A DNA stretch of 64,000 nt from Candidatus Woesearchaeota archaeon (GTDB lineage: Archaea; Nanobdellota; Nanobdellia; Pacearchaeales; GW2011-AR1). The stretch is taken from positions 24,363 to 88,362 of the forward strand of contig CAZBWB010000002.1 in assembly GCA_964495875.1 (NCBI GenBank). Direction: 5' to 3'. This document shows, one piece after another, positions 1 through 8,265 of this stretch (positions are counted from its first letter, which is position 1; every line of letters starts with the position of its first letter). The translations under genes were made by a program, and so were the position numbers. The notes under the pieces are model-generated. The model was given only the letters and a program-made list of their open reading frames with translations. It had not been told where the DNA came from and did not search any database.

Positions 1-234
1 TTTAATCATGTTTTTAATATGAGAGGCAAGAGTGTTTATTCTCTTTTTTTCCTTCTTTGTAGCCTTTTTATTTCCGATAATTATTTGATTGTCCTTTTTT
101 TCCAGTATGAGATTTGTAGTGTCAAACTCTTTTTTATTCTCTCCTGCAGGACCTTTTGCTTCAATTATATCTCCATTTACATTAACTTCAATTCCTTCAG
201 GAATTTCAATTGTTTGGAACAATTCTTTTTTCAT
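1..234 (-). CDS. rpl6: 50S ribosomal protein L6 (uL6), 5' part; gene continues past the left edge
   Basis: Not in ORF track (edge-truncated). Reverse-strand translation from ATG at 234 reads MKKELFQTIEIPEGIEVNVNGDIIEAKGPAGENKKEFD...LASHIKNMIK, open to position 1; canonical slot after S8. Confidence 0.85.
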   Translation of the reverse strand, partial: MKKELFQTIEIPEGIEVNVNGDIIEAKGPAGENKKEFDTTNLILEKKDNQIIIGNKKATKKEKKRINTLASHIKNMIK

Positions 235-235
235 T

Positions 236-472
236 TTAAATTAGGCAAAAATCATATTTACTTGTTCTTTTTAACATTCCTAAATCATATTTATTCAATG
301 CTCTTTTAGAAAGTATATTTCTTCTTAGATATTGATATCTTTGATTATTATTTCTCCTTTCTAGAATATTGGCTCCTCCAAGTGATTCTAACAAATCTAT
401 TCTCTCAAATAATACTTTAATTTTGTGAACACTTTCTCTTTCACTTATGATTGTAGGTATTATGTTTTTCAT
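236..472 (-). CDS. hypothetical 78-aa protein inserted between S8 and L6
   Basis: ORF fills the S8-L6 gap with 1-nt spacers on both sides; no family recognised. Confidence 0.45.
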   Translation of the reverse strand: MKNIIPTIISERESVHKIKVLFERIDLLESLGGANILERRNNNQRYQYLRRNILSKRALNKYDLGMLKRTSKYDFCLI

Positions 473-473
473 T

Positions 474-854
474 TTAGTAAAAATATGCTATCAAGCATCC
501 TCCTATTCCTTCTTCTAATGCTTCTTCATGGGTTATTAGCCCTTTATTTGTAGAGATAATCATAACACCCATATTTCTCGCAGGCAAATATCTTCTTCTG
601 TATTTTTCAATCTGGCTTTTATCAACACTGAATCTCGGTTTTATTGCCTTGCATTCTGATAATTCTCCGATTGTGACTTCAACGCTTCTTTTTTTCACAT
701 CAATCTTGTATTTTTTAATCGCTCCTTCTTGTTTCATTATCTTCAGAATTTCAATTAACAAATTAGATATTCTCTTAATTTTCGCAGTTTCTTTTCCAGC
801 TTTCTTGCTGTTTCTTATCATATTCAAAGCATCAGCAATAATATCTTGTGACAT
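474..854 (-). CDS. rps8: 30S ribosomal protein S8 (uS8)
   Basis: MSQDIIADALNMIRNSKKAGK... typical S8 N-terminus; ORF opens at 872 but ATG at 854 lies 1 nt after S14 stop. Confidence 0.9.
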   Translation of the reverse strand: MSQDIIADALNMIRNSKKAGKETAKIKRISNLLIEILKIMKQEGAIKKYKIDVKKRSVEVTIGELSECKAIKPRFSVDKSQIEKYRRRYLPARNMGVMIISTNKGLITHEEALEEGIGGCLIAYFY

Positions 855-855
855 T

Positions 856-1086
856 TTAACTATATTTTTCAAAACCGATTTCCTTTGCTATTTCTCTAAA
901 GCAATGTCGGCATAAATTTAATCCATATGATTTGATATGAGCGCCAAATCTTCCGCATCTTTCACATTTCTTAGCAGCAATTCCGATTTTTCTTTCTTTT
1001 GGCTTGTTGTGTTTCAAAAATTTTTCTCTGATTGCAGGTTTGTTTTTTAACTGCTTCAGTATTTTTCTCCAATCACTCGATGTCAT
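856..1086 (-). CDS. rps14: 30S ribosomal protein S14 (uS14), zinc-ribbon type
   Basis: C-terminal KKCERCGR...[10 protein letters not shown] motif; position between L5 and S8. Confidence 0.85.
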   Translation of the reverse strand: MTSSDWRKILKQLKNKPAIREKFLKHNKPKERKIGIAAKKCERCGRFGAHIKSYGLNLCRHCFREIAKEIGFEKYS

Positions 1087-1088
1087 TT

Positions 1089-1583
1089 TTAAACAAACTC
1101 TGTCTGGAAGTTGTCTTCCATAAATTTAATTATTTCTTCAGGACTTATAGCCTGTCTTTTTGGGATTTTGCCCTGCTTGATTTTTTTAAACATGATTCTT
1201 CTTCCTGTTCTTTTGAAAACAACAGTTACATCCAATCCTATAATTCCTATATCTCTCTGATATTCCACTCCAGGAATTTCAATATATTCTTTAATACCAA
1301 AAGAAAAATTATTTTCACTTATTTGCTTTTTGGACAATCTGTTATCAATAGCACTCAGCATTTTTTTCAAAAATTCATTTATATTTTGCCTTATTGTAAC
1401 AACTGCACCAACTTCAAGTTTTGGTCTGACGCCCAGCGAAGGAATTCTCTTTCGTGTTTTTCTTTTTGAAGGTTTTCTTCCAGTAAGCAATTTCAAAAGT
1501 TTGACTCCTTTTTCCAAATCATCGCCAGTCCCTCCTATGCTAAACACAATTTTTTCAATTTTTATTTCTCTCATTAGATTCAT
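1089..1583 (-). CDS. rpl5: 50S ribosomal protein L5 (uL5)
   Basis: [18 protein letters not shown]...[10 protein letters not shown] pattern and operon position. Confidence 0.9.
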   Translation of the reverse strand: MNLMREIKIEKIVFSIGGTGDDLEKGVKLLKLLTGRKPSKRKTRKRIPSLGVRPKLEVGAVVTIRQNINEFLKKMLSAIDNRLSKKQISENNFSFGIKEYIEIPGVEYQRDIGIIGLDVTVVFKRTGRRIMFKKIKQGKIPKRQAISPEEIIKFMEDNFQTEFV

Positions 1584-2224
1584 TTTATAGCCATTAATTG
1601 TTTAATTAAAATTTCAATATCATTCTTTCCTATTTTTACCTGGGCTGTCTTGTTTTTAATCTTGCTTAAAACTCCTTTTTCTCCTGCGTGCTTGCCCTCA
1701 AAAACCACAACTTCTGCTTTTTCCTTTAAAGGAATAATGCTTTCTATTTTATTTTTTAAAATATTAATCAGGACAGAGTCATTAACATCACATTTCATAT
1801 CTGATAAAAAATTCCTTCCATCGCTTAAATTCAACTGAATCTTTTTTCCTTTTAATATTTTCTTATTGATTATCTTAGAAATTTTCTTTTCTGCTTCTTT
1901 TTCATTAATCTCATCTATCATGAACTTTCCTTTATCCGACAAGTCCATCCTGTAGAATTTTTTTGCTGGAACAACATTTATTACATCAAACAATAAAACA
2001 TTATTTTTTTCATCTTTTACTGGCTTGTTATTCAGTAAAATATGCTTTGCATGGATTATTTTTTTAACTTCTTTTCTTTTTGATGCAATTTTTAAAATAT
2101 CTCTCAATACAATCAGAACAGGAATTCCTTTTCCAATATTGAAGTTAGGCCTGACTACATAAGCCGTGCCTTTTCTTCTTATCGGCCAGTTTTTAGGAAT
2201 TTTTTGTCTTTTCAAATGGCTCAT
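1580..2224 (-). CDS. rps4e: 30S ribosomal protein S4e (eS4)
   Basis: MSHLKRQKIPKNWPIRRKG N-terminus diagnostic of S4e; 4-nt overlaps with neighbours. Confidence 0.9.
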   Translation of the reverse strand: MSHLKRQKIPKNWPIRRKGTAYVVRPNFNIGKGIPVLIVLRDILKIASKRKEVKKIIHAKHILLNNKPVKDEKNNVLLFDVINVVPAKKFYRMDLSDKGKFMIDEINEKEAEKKISKIINKKILKGKKIQLNLSDGRNFLSDMKCDVNDSVLINILKNKIESIIPLKEKAEVVVFEGKHAGEKGVLSKIKNKTAQVKIGKNDIEILIKQLMAIK

Positions 2225-2649
2225 TTTTCTTTCTCCTTTTCTTTATTTTCCTTTTTTTCTGTTTTCTTTTCTTCTTTTACAAATCTTTTCATTCTCTTTT
2301 TATCTTCTGCATCCAATTCAACAATCTGCAGATTTGAAGCATTTAGCGGAAAATTAACGCTTGAACCATCTTTTTTCTTAATTTGAATCTTTTCCACTAA
2401 TATTTTTTCTGTTTTTATCTTAACTTCAGTTACCCTGCCCCGCTTGCCTTTAAACTTTCCTCTCATAATTTTTACATTATCTCCTTTTCTTACAGGAATA
2501 TTCCTTCTTTTGTATTTTTTTCTCAGTTCTTTGGACAGATTAACAGATAATAATTTTCTTTTCAGATGCAGCGGAGCATTTGCTATGTATTTCCTCTGCT
2601 TCCGAGGTTGCTTGCTTGATTTCCATTTAGTGCTAAATTTTCGTTTCAT
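2221..2649 (-). CDS. rpl24: 50S ribosomal protein L24 (uL24) with K/E-rich C-terminal tail
   Basis: KOW motif RKGDNVKIMRGKFKGKRGRV; tail EEKKTEKKENKEKEKEK. Confidence 0.9.
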   Translation of the reverse strand: MKRKFSTKWKSSKQPRKQRKYIANAPLHLKRKLLSVNLSKELRKKYKRRNIPVRKGDNVKIMRGKFKGKRGRVTEVKIKTEKILVEKIQIKKKDGSSVNFPLNASNLQIVELDAEDKKRMKRFVKEEKKTEKKENKEKEKEK

Positions 2650-2650
2650 C

Positions 2651-3139
2651 TTAATTAAACCTCCCTTGTGAGGCTAGTCCACGATTTATATAATTTCCAT
2701 CAAATCTATATGCAATATAATTTCTGAATACTCTTGTGATTCCATTTTCTTCTTCAATTTTTTTTAGAATATCCAATGGGTTTGGAGTCTTAAAAACAGT
2801 TATTTCCCCCTCATAAAGTTCTTTTTCAACATATCTTGTGGATTCCCCAAGAGTAAACATCAAAGACAAATCTATTAGTTTCCTATGTTCCAAAGCATCT
2901 CTTAACATTTTTTCTTCGATTTCAATATTTCTTTTTATTCCAACTCTTGGCACTGCGCATTTTTCAATTTCCTTAAACAATTTTCCTATGCTGTTTAAAT
3001 AAGAGATGCACCTTTCAAAATAAGATTTTTGGAGAAAATTTTTCAAATCTGTCAAATCATATCCTCGCTTCGCTAAAAATAAATTCAATCTTTCTGTCTC
3101 AGGTGATTTTTCTAAATTTTTTTCATCCATTTTAAACAA
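2651..3139 (-). CDS. hypothetical 162-aa protein inserted between L14 and L24
   Basis: Intact ORF, 1 nt from L24 start, overlaps L14 stop (alternative ATG at 3130); no family recognised. Confidence 0.5.
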   Translation of the reverse strand: MFKMDEKNLEKSPETERLNLFLAKRGYDLTDLKNFLQKSYFERCISYLNSIGKLFKEIEKCAVPRVGIKRNIEIEEKMLRDALEHRKLIDLSLMFTLGESTRYVEKELYEGEITVFKTPNPLDILKKIEEENGITRVFRNYIAYRFDGNYINRGLASQGRFN

Positions 3140-3533
3140 CTATGCTGGCGATTTTTGCAACTTGCTGCCATCGCTCTGAAACCTCCCTTGCAACTGGTCC
3201 TTTAATTTGAGTTCCTTTTGGATTTCCTTTTTCATCCTTGAGTATTGCAACAGCATTATCTTCAAATGAAATCCTTTCTCCGTTTAATCTTCTGTATGGT
3301 TTTTTCTGTCTTACAATTACAGCATCAAAGACTTTTCCTTTCATGTCCGGAATGCCTTTCTTTATACTGACTTTGACCCAATCAGCTATTTTTGCTCCAA
3401 CCTGCTTTCCTTTTTTTGCTTTTGCTTTTTTTACAGAGACAAGCCTGGCAATTCTTCCTCCGCTGTTATCTGCAACAATTAACTGCGCTCCCAAATTCAC
3501 TCCCAATGTTCCTTTAGCTGATATTGCTTTCAT
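3132..3533 (-). CDS. rpl14: 50S ribosomal protein L14 (uL14)
   Basis: MKAISAKGTLGVNLGAQLIVADNSGGR matches the L14 N-terminal pattern; ORF opens at 3551. Confidence 0.9.
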   Translation of the reverse strand: MKAISAKGTLGVNLGAQLIVADNSGGRIARLVSVKKAKAKKGKQVGAKIADWVKVSIKKGIPDMKGKVFDAVIVRQKKPYRRLNGERISFEDNAVAILKDEKGNPKGTQIKGPVAREVSERWQQVAKIASIVV

Positions 3534-3813
3534 TTTTTCCTCCAAGTTCAATACCAGCAGACATTTCCAATAAACTGTCTAGAAATTTTTTTTCTAGTTT
3601 AATTTCTCGTATTAAATCATCTAAAAAAAGTCCTTTTTCTAATCCCACCACTTTTTCTTTAACATATCTTAGATTACTCAATGAATTTTGGTATCTTTCA
3701 AGCATTTTTTCATAAAGAAAATCTATTTCTTCCAAAGCAGCATTTACATTTTCTTCAACTATCATTTTTTCCAGTCTTTTATAACCTTCCCCTAATTCTT
3801 TAATTGTTATCAT
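3514..3813 (-). CDS. hypothetical helical protein, paralogue A (99 aa)
   Basis: Shares EID-LY-KMLE-YQ core with the next ORF; sits between S17 and L14. Confidence 0.5.
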   Translation of the reverse strand: MITIKELGEGYKRLEKMIVEENVNAALEEIDFLYEKMLERYQNSLSNLRYVKEKVVGLEKGLFLDDLIREIKLEKKFLDSLLEMSAGIELGGKNESNIS

Positions 3814-4123
3814 TTTCTAAATTATTTTTTAAATTTTCAAGATCAAGATTAACAATCATAGATAAATCAGTTAAAAGTTCCAAATGTTTTCTTTCATTTT
3901 CTATCATCTGATTTATATCACTAGTATAAAAATCAGTAGATTCATTACCTATAATTGGTCTTAAAAATTCCATTCTTCTTTTACTTTCTAATAAGATTTG
4001 ATAATTTTCAAGCATTTTTCCGTAGAGTGAATCTATTTCTCTTCGAGCAGTTTCTATATCAAGATTTAATATTGCTGTTCCTATTTTTCTGCAATTTTTT
4101 AATCTCTCTTCATGTGTCATCAT
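3800..4123 (-). CDS. hypothetical helical protein, paralogue B (107 aa)
   Basis: IETARREIDSLYGKMLENYQILLESKRR aligns to VNAALEEIDFLYEKMLERYQNSLSNLRY of 3514..3813; ATGA overlap with S17 stop. Confidence 0.5.
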   Translation of the reverse strand: MMTHEERLKNCRKIGTAILNLDIETARREIDSLYGKMLENYQILLESKRRMEFLRPIIGNESTDFYTSDINQMIENERKHLELLTDLSMIVNLDLENLKNNLENDNN

Positions 4124-4473
4124 TTTCCTTCCTCCTTGACTTTCCCAATGACTGCAAAATGAATCAACTTACTTAATGGTCTGCATTCCTGAATTTTCAC
4201 AAAATCTCCGATATTGATTTTGTCAGCCATACAATCCGGAAGCCGAGCATGAATCTTTGTTTTTGATTTTTTGTATCTTTCATATTTTCTCACATAAACC
4301 ATTCTTTCAAATTCTATGACTATTCTTTTTGGAAATTTCCGAATGACTTTTCCTTCAAATGTCTTTCCTCTGATTTTTAGTTTTCCATGAATATGGCATC
4401 TTTTATCTTTACAGCCAGCTTCGGCTATTGGTTTCTCCTTTTCTGCCTTTTGCTTCTGATTTTTTTCTTTCAT
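4120..4473 (-). CDS. rps17: 30S ribosomal protein S17 (uS17)
   Basis: CHIHGKLKIRGKTFEGKVI...GDFVKIQECRPLSK typical S17. Confidence 0.9.
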   Translation of the reverse strand: MKEKNQKQKAEKEKPIAEAGCKDKRCHIHGKLKIRGKTFEGKVIRKFPKRIVIEFERMVYVRKYERYKKSKTKIHARLPDCMADKINIGDFVKIQECRPLSKLIHFAVIGKVKEEGK

Positions 4474-4496
4474 TTTTTTTCTATTTTTTGTGTGCT

Positions 4497-4793
4497 TTAA
4501 TCTATCGAATCCTTGTCGAATCCCAGCTTAACCAACAGTTCGGTTATCTTTTTCCTGTGGTCTCCTTGAAGTTCAATTGTGTTGTCTTTGTAAGTCCCAC
4601 CGCAGGCGAGCTCATTTTTCAGAGCTTTTGCGATTTTCTTTACATCTATTCCGCTGTCAAATCCTGTTATTACAGTCATTATTTTACCGTATCTCTTACG
4701 TTCTGTCGTTATCTTTATTCTCTGTGAACTTTTTACGATTTGCTCACACACACAGGCCTGTTTTGGAAGGCCGCACTTTGGACATATTTCCAT
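4497..4793 (-). CDS. sui1: translation initiation factor aSUI1 (eIF1 homologue)
   Basis: [17 protein letters not shown] zinc knuckle followed by SUI1 fold sequence ...[20 protein letters not shown]; start trimmed to ATG just after L29 stop. Confidence 0.85.
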   Translation of the reverse strand: MEICPKCGLPKQACVCEQIVKSSQRIKITTERKRYGKIMTVITGFDSGIDVKKIAKALKNELACGGTYKDNTIELQGDHRKKITELLVKLGFDKDSID

Positions 4794-4794
4794 A

Positions 4795-5010
4795 TTACTT
4801 ATTTTTCTCAACCTCCTTAGAAGATTCCTCTTCCTTGGTTTTATTGAGTGTGAGTATTCTTGCAATGATTTTCTTAATTTCTTTTGTTTTATTTCCTGTT
4901 TTTGAATTTCCTGAACGAGATTTGACTAATTCAGTTTTCAATTCTTTCATTTTCCTTTCTATATCTCCCTTGCTCATCTTTCTGATATCTTTTGCTTTTA
5001 GTGTGCTCAT
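4795..5010 (-). CDS. rpl29: 50S ribosomal protein L29 (uL29)
   Basis: [28 protein letters not shown] typical L29. Confidence 0.85.
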   Translation of the reverse strand: MSTLKAKDIRKMSKGDIERKMKELKTELVKSRSGNSKTGNKTKEIKKIIARILTLNKTKEEESSKEVEKNK

Positions 5011-5663
5011 TTTTTCTTCTCCTTTTTATTTTCTATGAATTCTGAAGCATGTTTTAAATTTTCAATGATTTGCTTGTCTATTTTTATTTTATCTTTAAGT
5101 ACTGCTTCTGGAGAGAGTATGCTTACTTTAACTCCGACTATTCCTGGTTTTGTCTGAGCTATTGATTTTGCTCTGTCAACAACTTTTGCACTGTCACCGG
5201 TTTTCTTCAAATATCCCTGAGCAAATCTCCAGGATTTTGCTCTTGCCCCGGGTAATTTCCCTCCCAATACTATTTCTGCACCTAATGCTCCAGCATCCAT
5301 GATTTTTTGCAAAGTCCTGTAAGCAATTACTTTGAACTTTAATGGTCCCGACCTCTCTAATCCAAGTGCAATTTCATCAGCAATTATTTGGGCATCAAGG
5401 TTAGGCTGCAGTATTTCATCTATTTCAATTCTTGGATTCTCGAGTTTGAATCTTGTCTTCAGAGTTCTTGTCAATTCCTCGATTTTTTCTCCTTTTCTTC
5501 CAATAACCAAGCCAGGCTTATTTGTCGATACTATTATTTTTTCACCTATGGGTGTATACTCTATTCTGACTTTGCTGATTTTTCCTTTTCCGAGTTCTTT
5601 CTTAATATATTCCCGGATACTAAACTCATCTTTGTTGAACTTGACTATGCTTTTTTCTTCCAT
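5007..5663 (-). CDS. rps3: 30S ribosomal protein S3 (uS3)
   Basis: KH-domain sequence PGLVIGRKGEKIEEL and operon position. Confidence 0.9.
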   Translation of the reverse strand: MEEKSIVKFNKDEFSIREYIKKELGKGKISKVRIEYTPIGEKIIVSTNKPGLVIGRKGEKIEELTRTLKTRFKLENPRIEIDEILQPNLDAQIIADEIALGLERSGPLKFKVIAYRTLQKIMDAGALGAEIVLGGKLPGARAKSWRFAQGYLKKTGDSAKVVDRAKSIAQTKPGIVGVKVSILSPEAVLKDKIKIDKQIIENLKHASEFIENKKEKKK

Positions 5664-6298
5664 TTTTTCTTCTCCTTAACTTTTATTTGAATATGACTTC
5701 TTTTTCTTTTGATTCTTCCGAATCTTCCATAAGGACTTGATGCTTTGTTTGCAATTGCTTCAACAATTACTGGCTCTTCCAGTCCACCGGCATTTGCATT
5801 TGCCTGCAAACTTTTCAGCAATTTAATGAAATTCTCAGCTGTTTTTTTGGAATATCCTCCAGAAGATATTCCTTTTCCTTTTTGATGAGGAATTTCACCT
5901 TTCATAGGAATAGCTTTTTTATGGGCTAAAACCTGTTCTAAATCAGATATGGCTCTTTGAATGTTTTTTCCTTTGATGAATCTGCAAACTGCAGCTGATT
6001 TTTTTGTTGATATTGGCAGGCTTTTTCCATTAACAATAGCTTCTGTTTTTTTCGGTTTCTTTTGCTCTTTCTTTTTTTCTTTTATAGTTTGTTTTGTTTC
6101 CTTTCCTTCTCCTTTTTTTGATTCAGATATTTTTTTATTGGATAATTCATTAGAAGTTTCTTCCTTTATGGGAGCACCCTGACGTTTTATCATTTCTGTT
6201 CCAATTTTTTCTTTTACTTTTTTATGATGTCCTTTTAGATTTTCATTCATTTTATTAAGTGTTAATTTTTCTTTCTCTGCTGTTTTTTTATTTTCCAT
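5645..6298 (-). CDS. rpl22: 50S ribosomal protein L22 (uL22) with ~100-aa K/E-rich N-terminal extension
   Basis: C-terminal half (SLPISTKKSAAVCRFIKGK...VIVEAIANKA) is L22; start set to ATG 1 nt after S19 stop. Confidence 0.85.
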   Translation of the reverse strand: MENKKTAEKEKLTLNKMNENLKGHHKKVKEKIGTEMIKRQGAPIKEETSNELSNKKISESKKGEGKETKQTIKEKKKEQKKPKKTEAIVNGKSLPISTKKSAAVCRFIKGKNIQRAISDLEQVLAHKKAIPMKGEIPHQKGKGISSGGYSKKTAENFIKLLKSLQANANAGGLEEPVIVEAIANKASSPYGRFGRIKRKRSHIQIKVKEKKKWKKKA

Positions 6299-6299
6299 T

Positions 6300-6707
6300 T
6301 TATTTCTTAGCCTGAGATTTTGTTCCTTTAGTTGCACCTATACCCGCACTTCCGTGCTTTACTCTTCCCCTTGTTGGCGCAAACTCTCCGAGCCTGTGCC
6401 CAAGCATTTCTCCTGTAATTTCTGAAGAAATGAAATTTCTTCCATTATGAATCTGAACCTTCATCCCAACCATTTGAGGAACAATAACCAAATGCCTCTG
6501 ATGTGTTCTTATTGATTTTTTATTTGCTATTTTTTCTTTAGCTCTGCTGATAAAATCCTCTATTTCTCTGAATTGTCTGAGTATGGCTCTTCTTTCTTTT
6601 GACCCGACATATTTTGCAAATTCCCTTACATCTATTCCTTTCAATTCTTCCAGAGTTTTTCCTCTGTATGTAAATTCTTTTCTCTTAAGTTCATTTTTTT
6701 CCGCCAT
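6300..6707 (-). CDS. rps19: 30S ribosomal protein S19 (uS19)
   Basis: VQIHNGRNFISSEITGEMLGHRLGEFAPTR typical S19. Confidence 0.9.
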   Translation of the reverse strand: MAEKNELKRKEFTYRGKTLEELKGIDVREFAKYVGSKERRAILRQFREIEDFISRAKEKIANKKSIRTHQRHLVIVPQMVGMKVQIHNGRNFISSEITGEMLGHRLGEFAPTRGRVKHGSAGIGATKGTKSQAKK

Positions 6708-6708
6708 T

Positions 6709-7410
6709 TTATCTTTTTCTCCTGCCAGTTCTTCTTGGTCTTATTAATCCAACCTTTTTTCCAGGAGGTGCATTTCTCTTCGCAATCTTGCTTTTAGGAT
6801 TTTTTCCTCTGCCAGAACCAAAAGGATGATCTATTACATTTACTTTTACTGCTGATGTTCTTGGCCATAATTTATTTTTTGCTTTTTTAATATAATGTTT
6901 TTTTCCTGCTTTTACAAGGGGTTTTTCAAGCCTGCCTTCTCCTGCAACAACTCCAAGAATCGCTCTGCAGTTCATATTAAATTTCTTTTCTTTTTTTGAA
7001 GGCATTAAAACAAAAATATCCTTGCCGACAATTCTGTTTAAAACCGCAGAACTTCCAGAAGTTTTAATGAATACTCCTCCGTCTCCTGGACGTGATTCAA
7101 TATTATAAATTGCTTTTTTTACAGGAATATCTTTTAATTTCATAATATTTCCATCCTGGATTTCCTTTCCCCCGAATTTTATCTTTTGCCCCTCAATCAT
7201 TCCTTTAAATGCAGGAATATAAAATATTCCTTTGTCATACTTAATTTTTGCTATCGGAGCAGTATGTCCTGGCGAACCCATCAATTTGACAACAGTTCCT
7301 TCTCCTTCAAGTTGCCTTGGATATTTTAATTTATATTTGAATGCTTTTCTTCTGACTCTGTAACTGAAACTTCCATGCCCCTGCGCTTGTTGGATTATTC
7401 TTTTTCCCAT
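6709..7410 (-). CDS. rpl2: 50S ribosomal protein L2 (uL2)
   Basis: Length, GNIMKLKDIP...DHPFGSGRGK motif and position. Confidence 0.92.
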   Translation of the reverse strand: MGKRIIQQAQGHGSFSYRVRRKAFKYKLKYPRQLEGEGTVVKLMGSPGHTAPIAKIKYDKGIFYIPAFKGMIEGQKIKFGGKEIQDGNIMKLKDIPVKKAIYNIESRPGDGGVFIKTSGSSAVLNRIVGKDIFVLMPSKKEKKFNMNCRAILGVVAGEGRLEKPLVKAGKKHYIKKAKNKLWPRTSAVKVNVIDHPFGSGRGKNPKSKIAKRNAPPGKKVGLIRPRRTGRRKR

Positions 7411-7411
7411 C

Positions 7412-7648
7412 TTACATCAGTCCTAACTTCGTTGCAATGTCAATTGCAGGAAATTCTTTCTTTAATTTAACATAAGCATATTTTTTATTCCCCCTAATCA
7501 AGGCTCTTATTTTTTCAACTTTAACATCAAAAAGCTCTTCAATTTCTTTTTTAATTTCTGGTTTGGTTTTCTCTTTTTCCACTGCAAATGTCAAAATATT
7601 TTCTCTTTCAATCATCATAACAGCTTTTTCAGTTACTATTGGTTTCAT
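7412..7648 (-). CDS. rpl23: 50S ribosomal protein L23 (uL23)
   Basis: MKPIVTEKAVMMIERENILTFAV... typical L23. Confidence 0.9.
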   Translation of the reverse strand: MKPIVTEKAVMMIERENILTFAVEKEKTKPEIKKEIEELFDVKVEKIRALIRGNKKYAYVKLKKEFPAIDIATKLGLM

Positions 7649-8265
7649 TTTCTAAGCACCTCTGGCACAGGATATTTAGCATATTCTGGAAAAAGATTTT
7701 TCCCCAACCTTAATCTGGAATAACATTCTGCAGTTAATTTGCAATCTTCTAAAGCATTATGGGCTTTTCTATTGTCTTCCATTCCACAGAATTTTAATAT
7801 ATTTGACAGCCCCATATCGCTGTGGTCATCTTTCACAAGAAATTTTTCATATAAATCAAAATATCTGTTTTGGGCAGTATCATGCAAATCAAAACTTCTG
7901 TAGTAAAATGGAATTTCTAATCCGTATTTCTTAGCTCTTATTTCTATAAATGTAACATCAAATTGAGGATTCTGGCACAAAAAGTTTTTCATACTTCTTT
8001 TATCCACCCATTTAAAGAAATGATGTAATAATTGTATTTGGGACTGTTTTTTAGAGTCTCTTAATTCTGCTTCTGTTTTTCCAATAACTTCCAGAACAGG
8101 TTTTGTCCCTGGAGTATTTATAATTTCATCTTTGTCATCAATTCTGCATTCTTCAAGGAATTCTGTCCTGCTTGTCAAATCATATGCTCCAATTTGCCAG
8201 ATTCCGCATTTTACTCTATCTAATCCGCTTGTTTCAATATCTAAGACTATTGGTAGAAAATTCAT
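7645..8265 (-). CDS. DEDDh (DnaQ/RNase T-like) 3'-5' exonuclease inserted between L4 and L23
   Basis: Exo I LDIETSGL, Exo II NPQFDVTFI, Exo III HNALEDC; 4-nt start/stop overlaps with both ribosomal neighbours. Confidence 0.75.
   Translation of the reverse strand: MNFLPIVLDIETSGLDRVKCGIWQIGAYDLTSRTEFLEECRIDDKDEIINTPGTKPVLEVIGKTEAELRDSKKQSQIQLLHHFFKWVDKRSMKNFLCQNPQFDVTFIEIRAKKYGLEIPFYYRSFDLHDTAQNRYFDLYEKFLVKDDHSDMGLSNILKFCGMEDNRKAHNALEDCKLTAECYSRLRLGKNLFPEYAKYPVPEVLRK

Noticed and set aside
19-309. 96-aa plus-strand ORF at the left edge
   Set aside because: It is antisense to a clean L6 coding sequence (reverse frame reads MKKELFQTIEIPEGIEV...). Its Phe/Leu/Ile-rich composition is typical of shadow ORFs opposite K/E-rich genes in AT-rich DNA.
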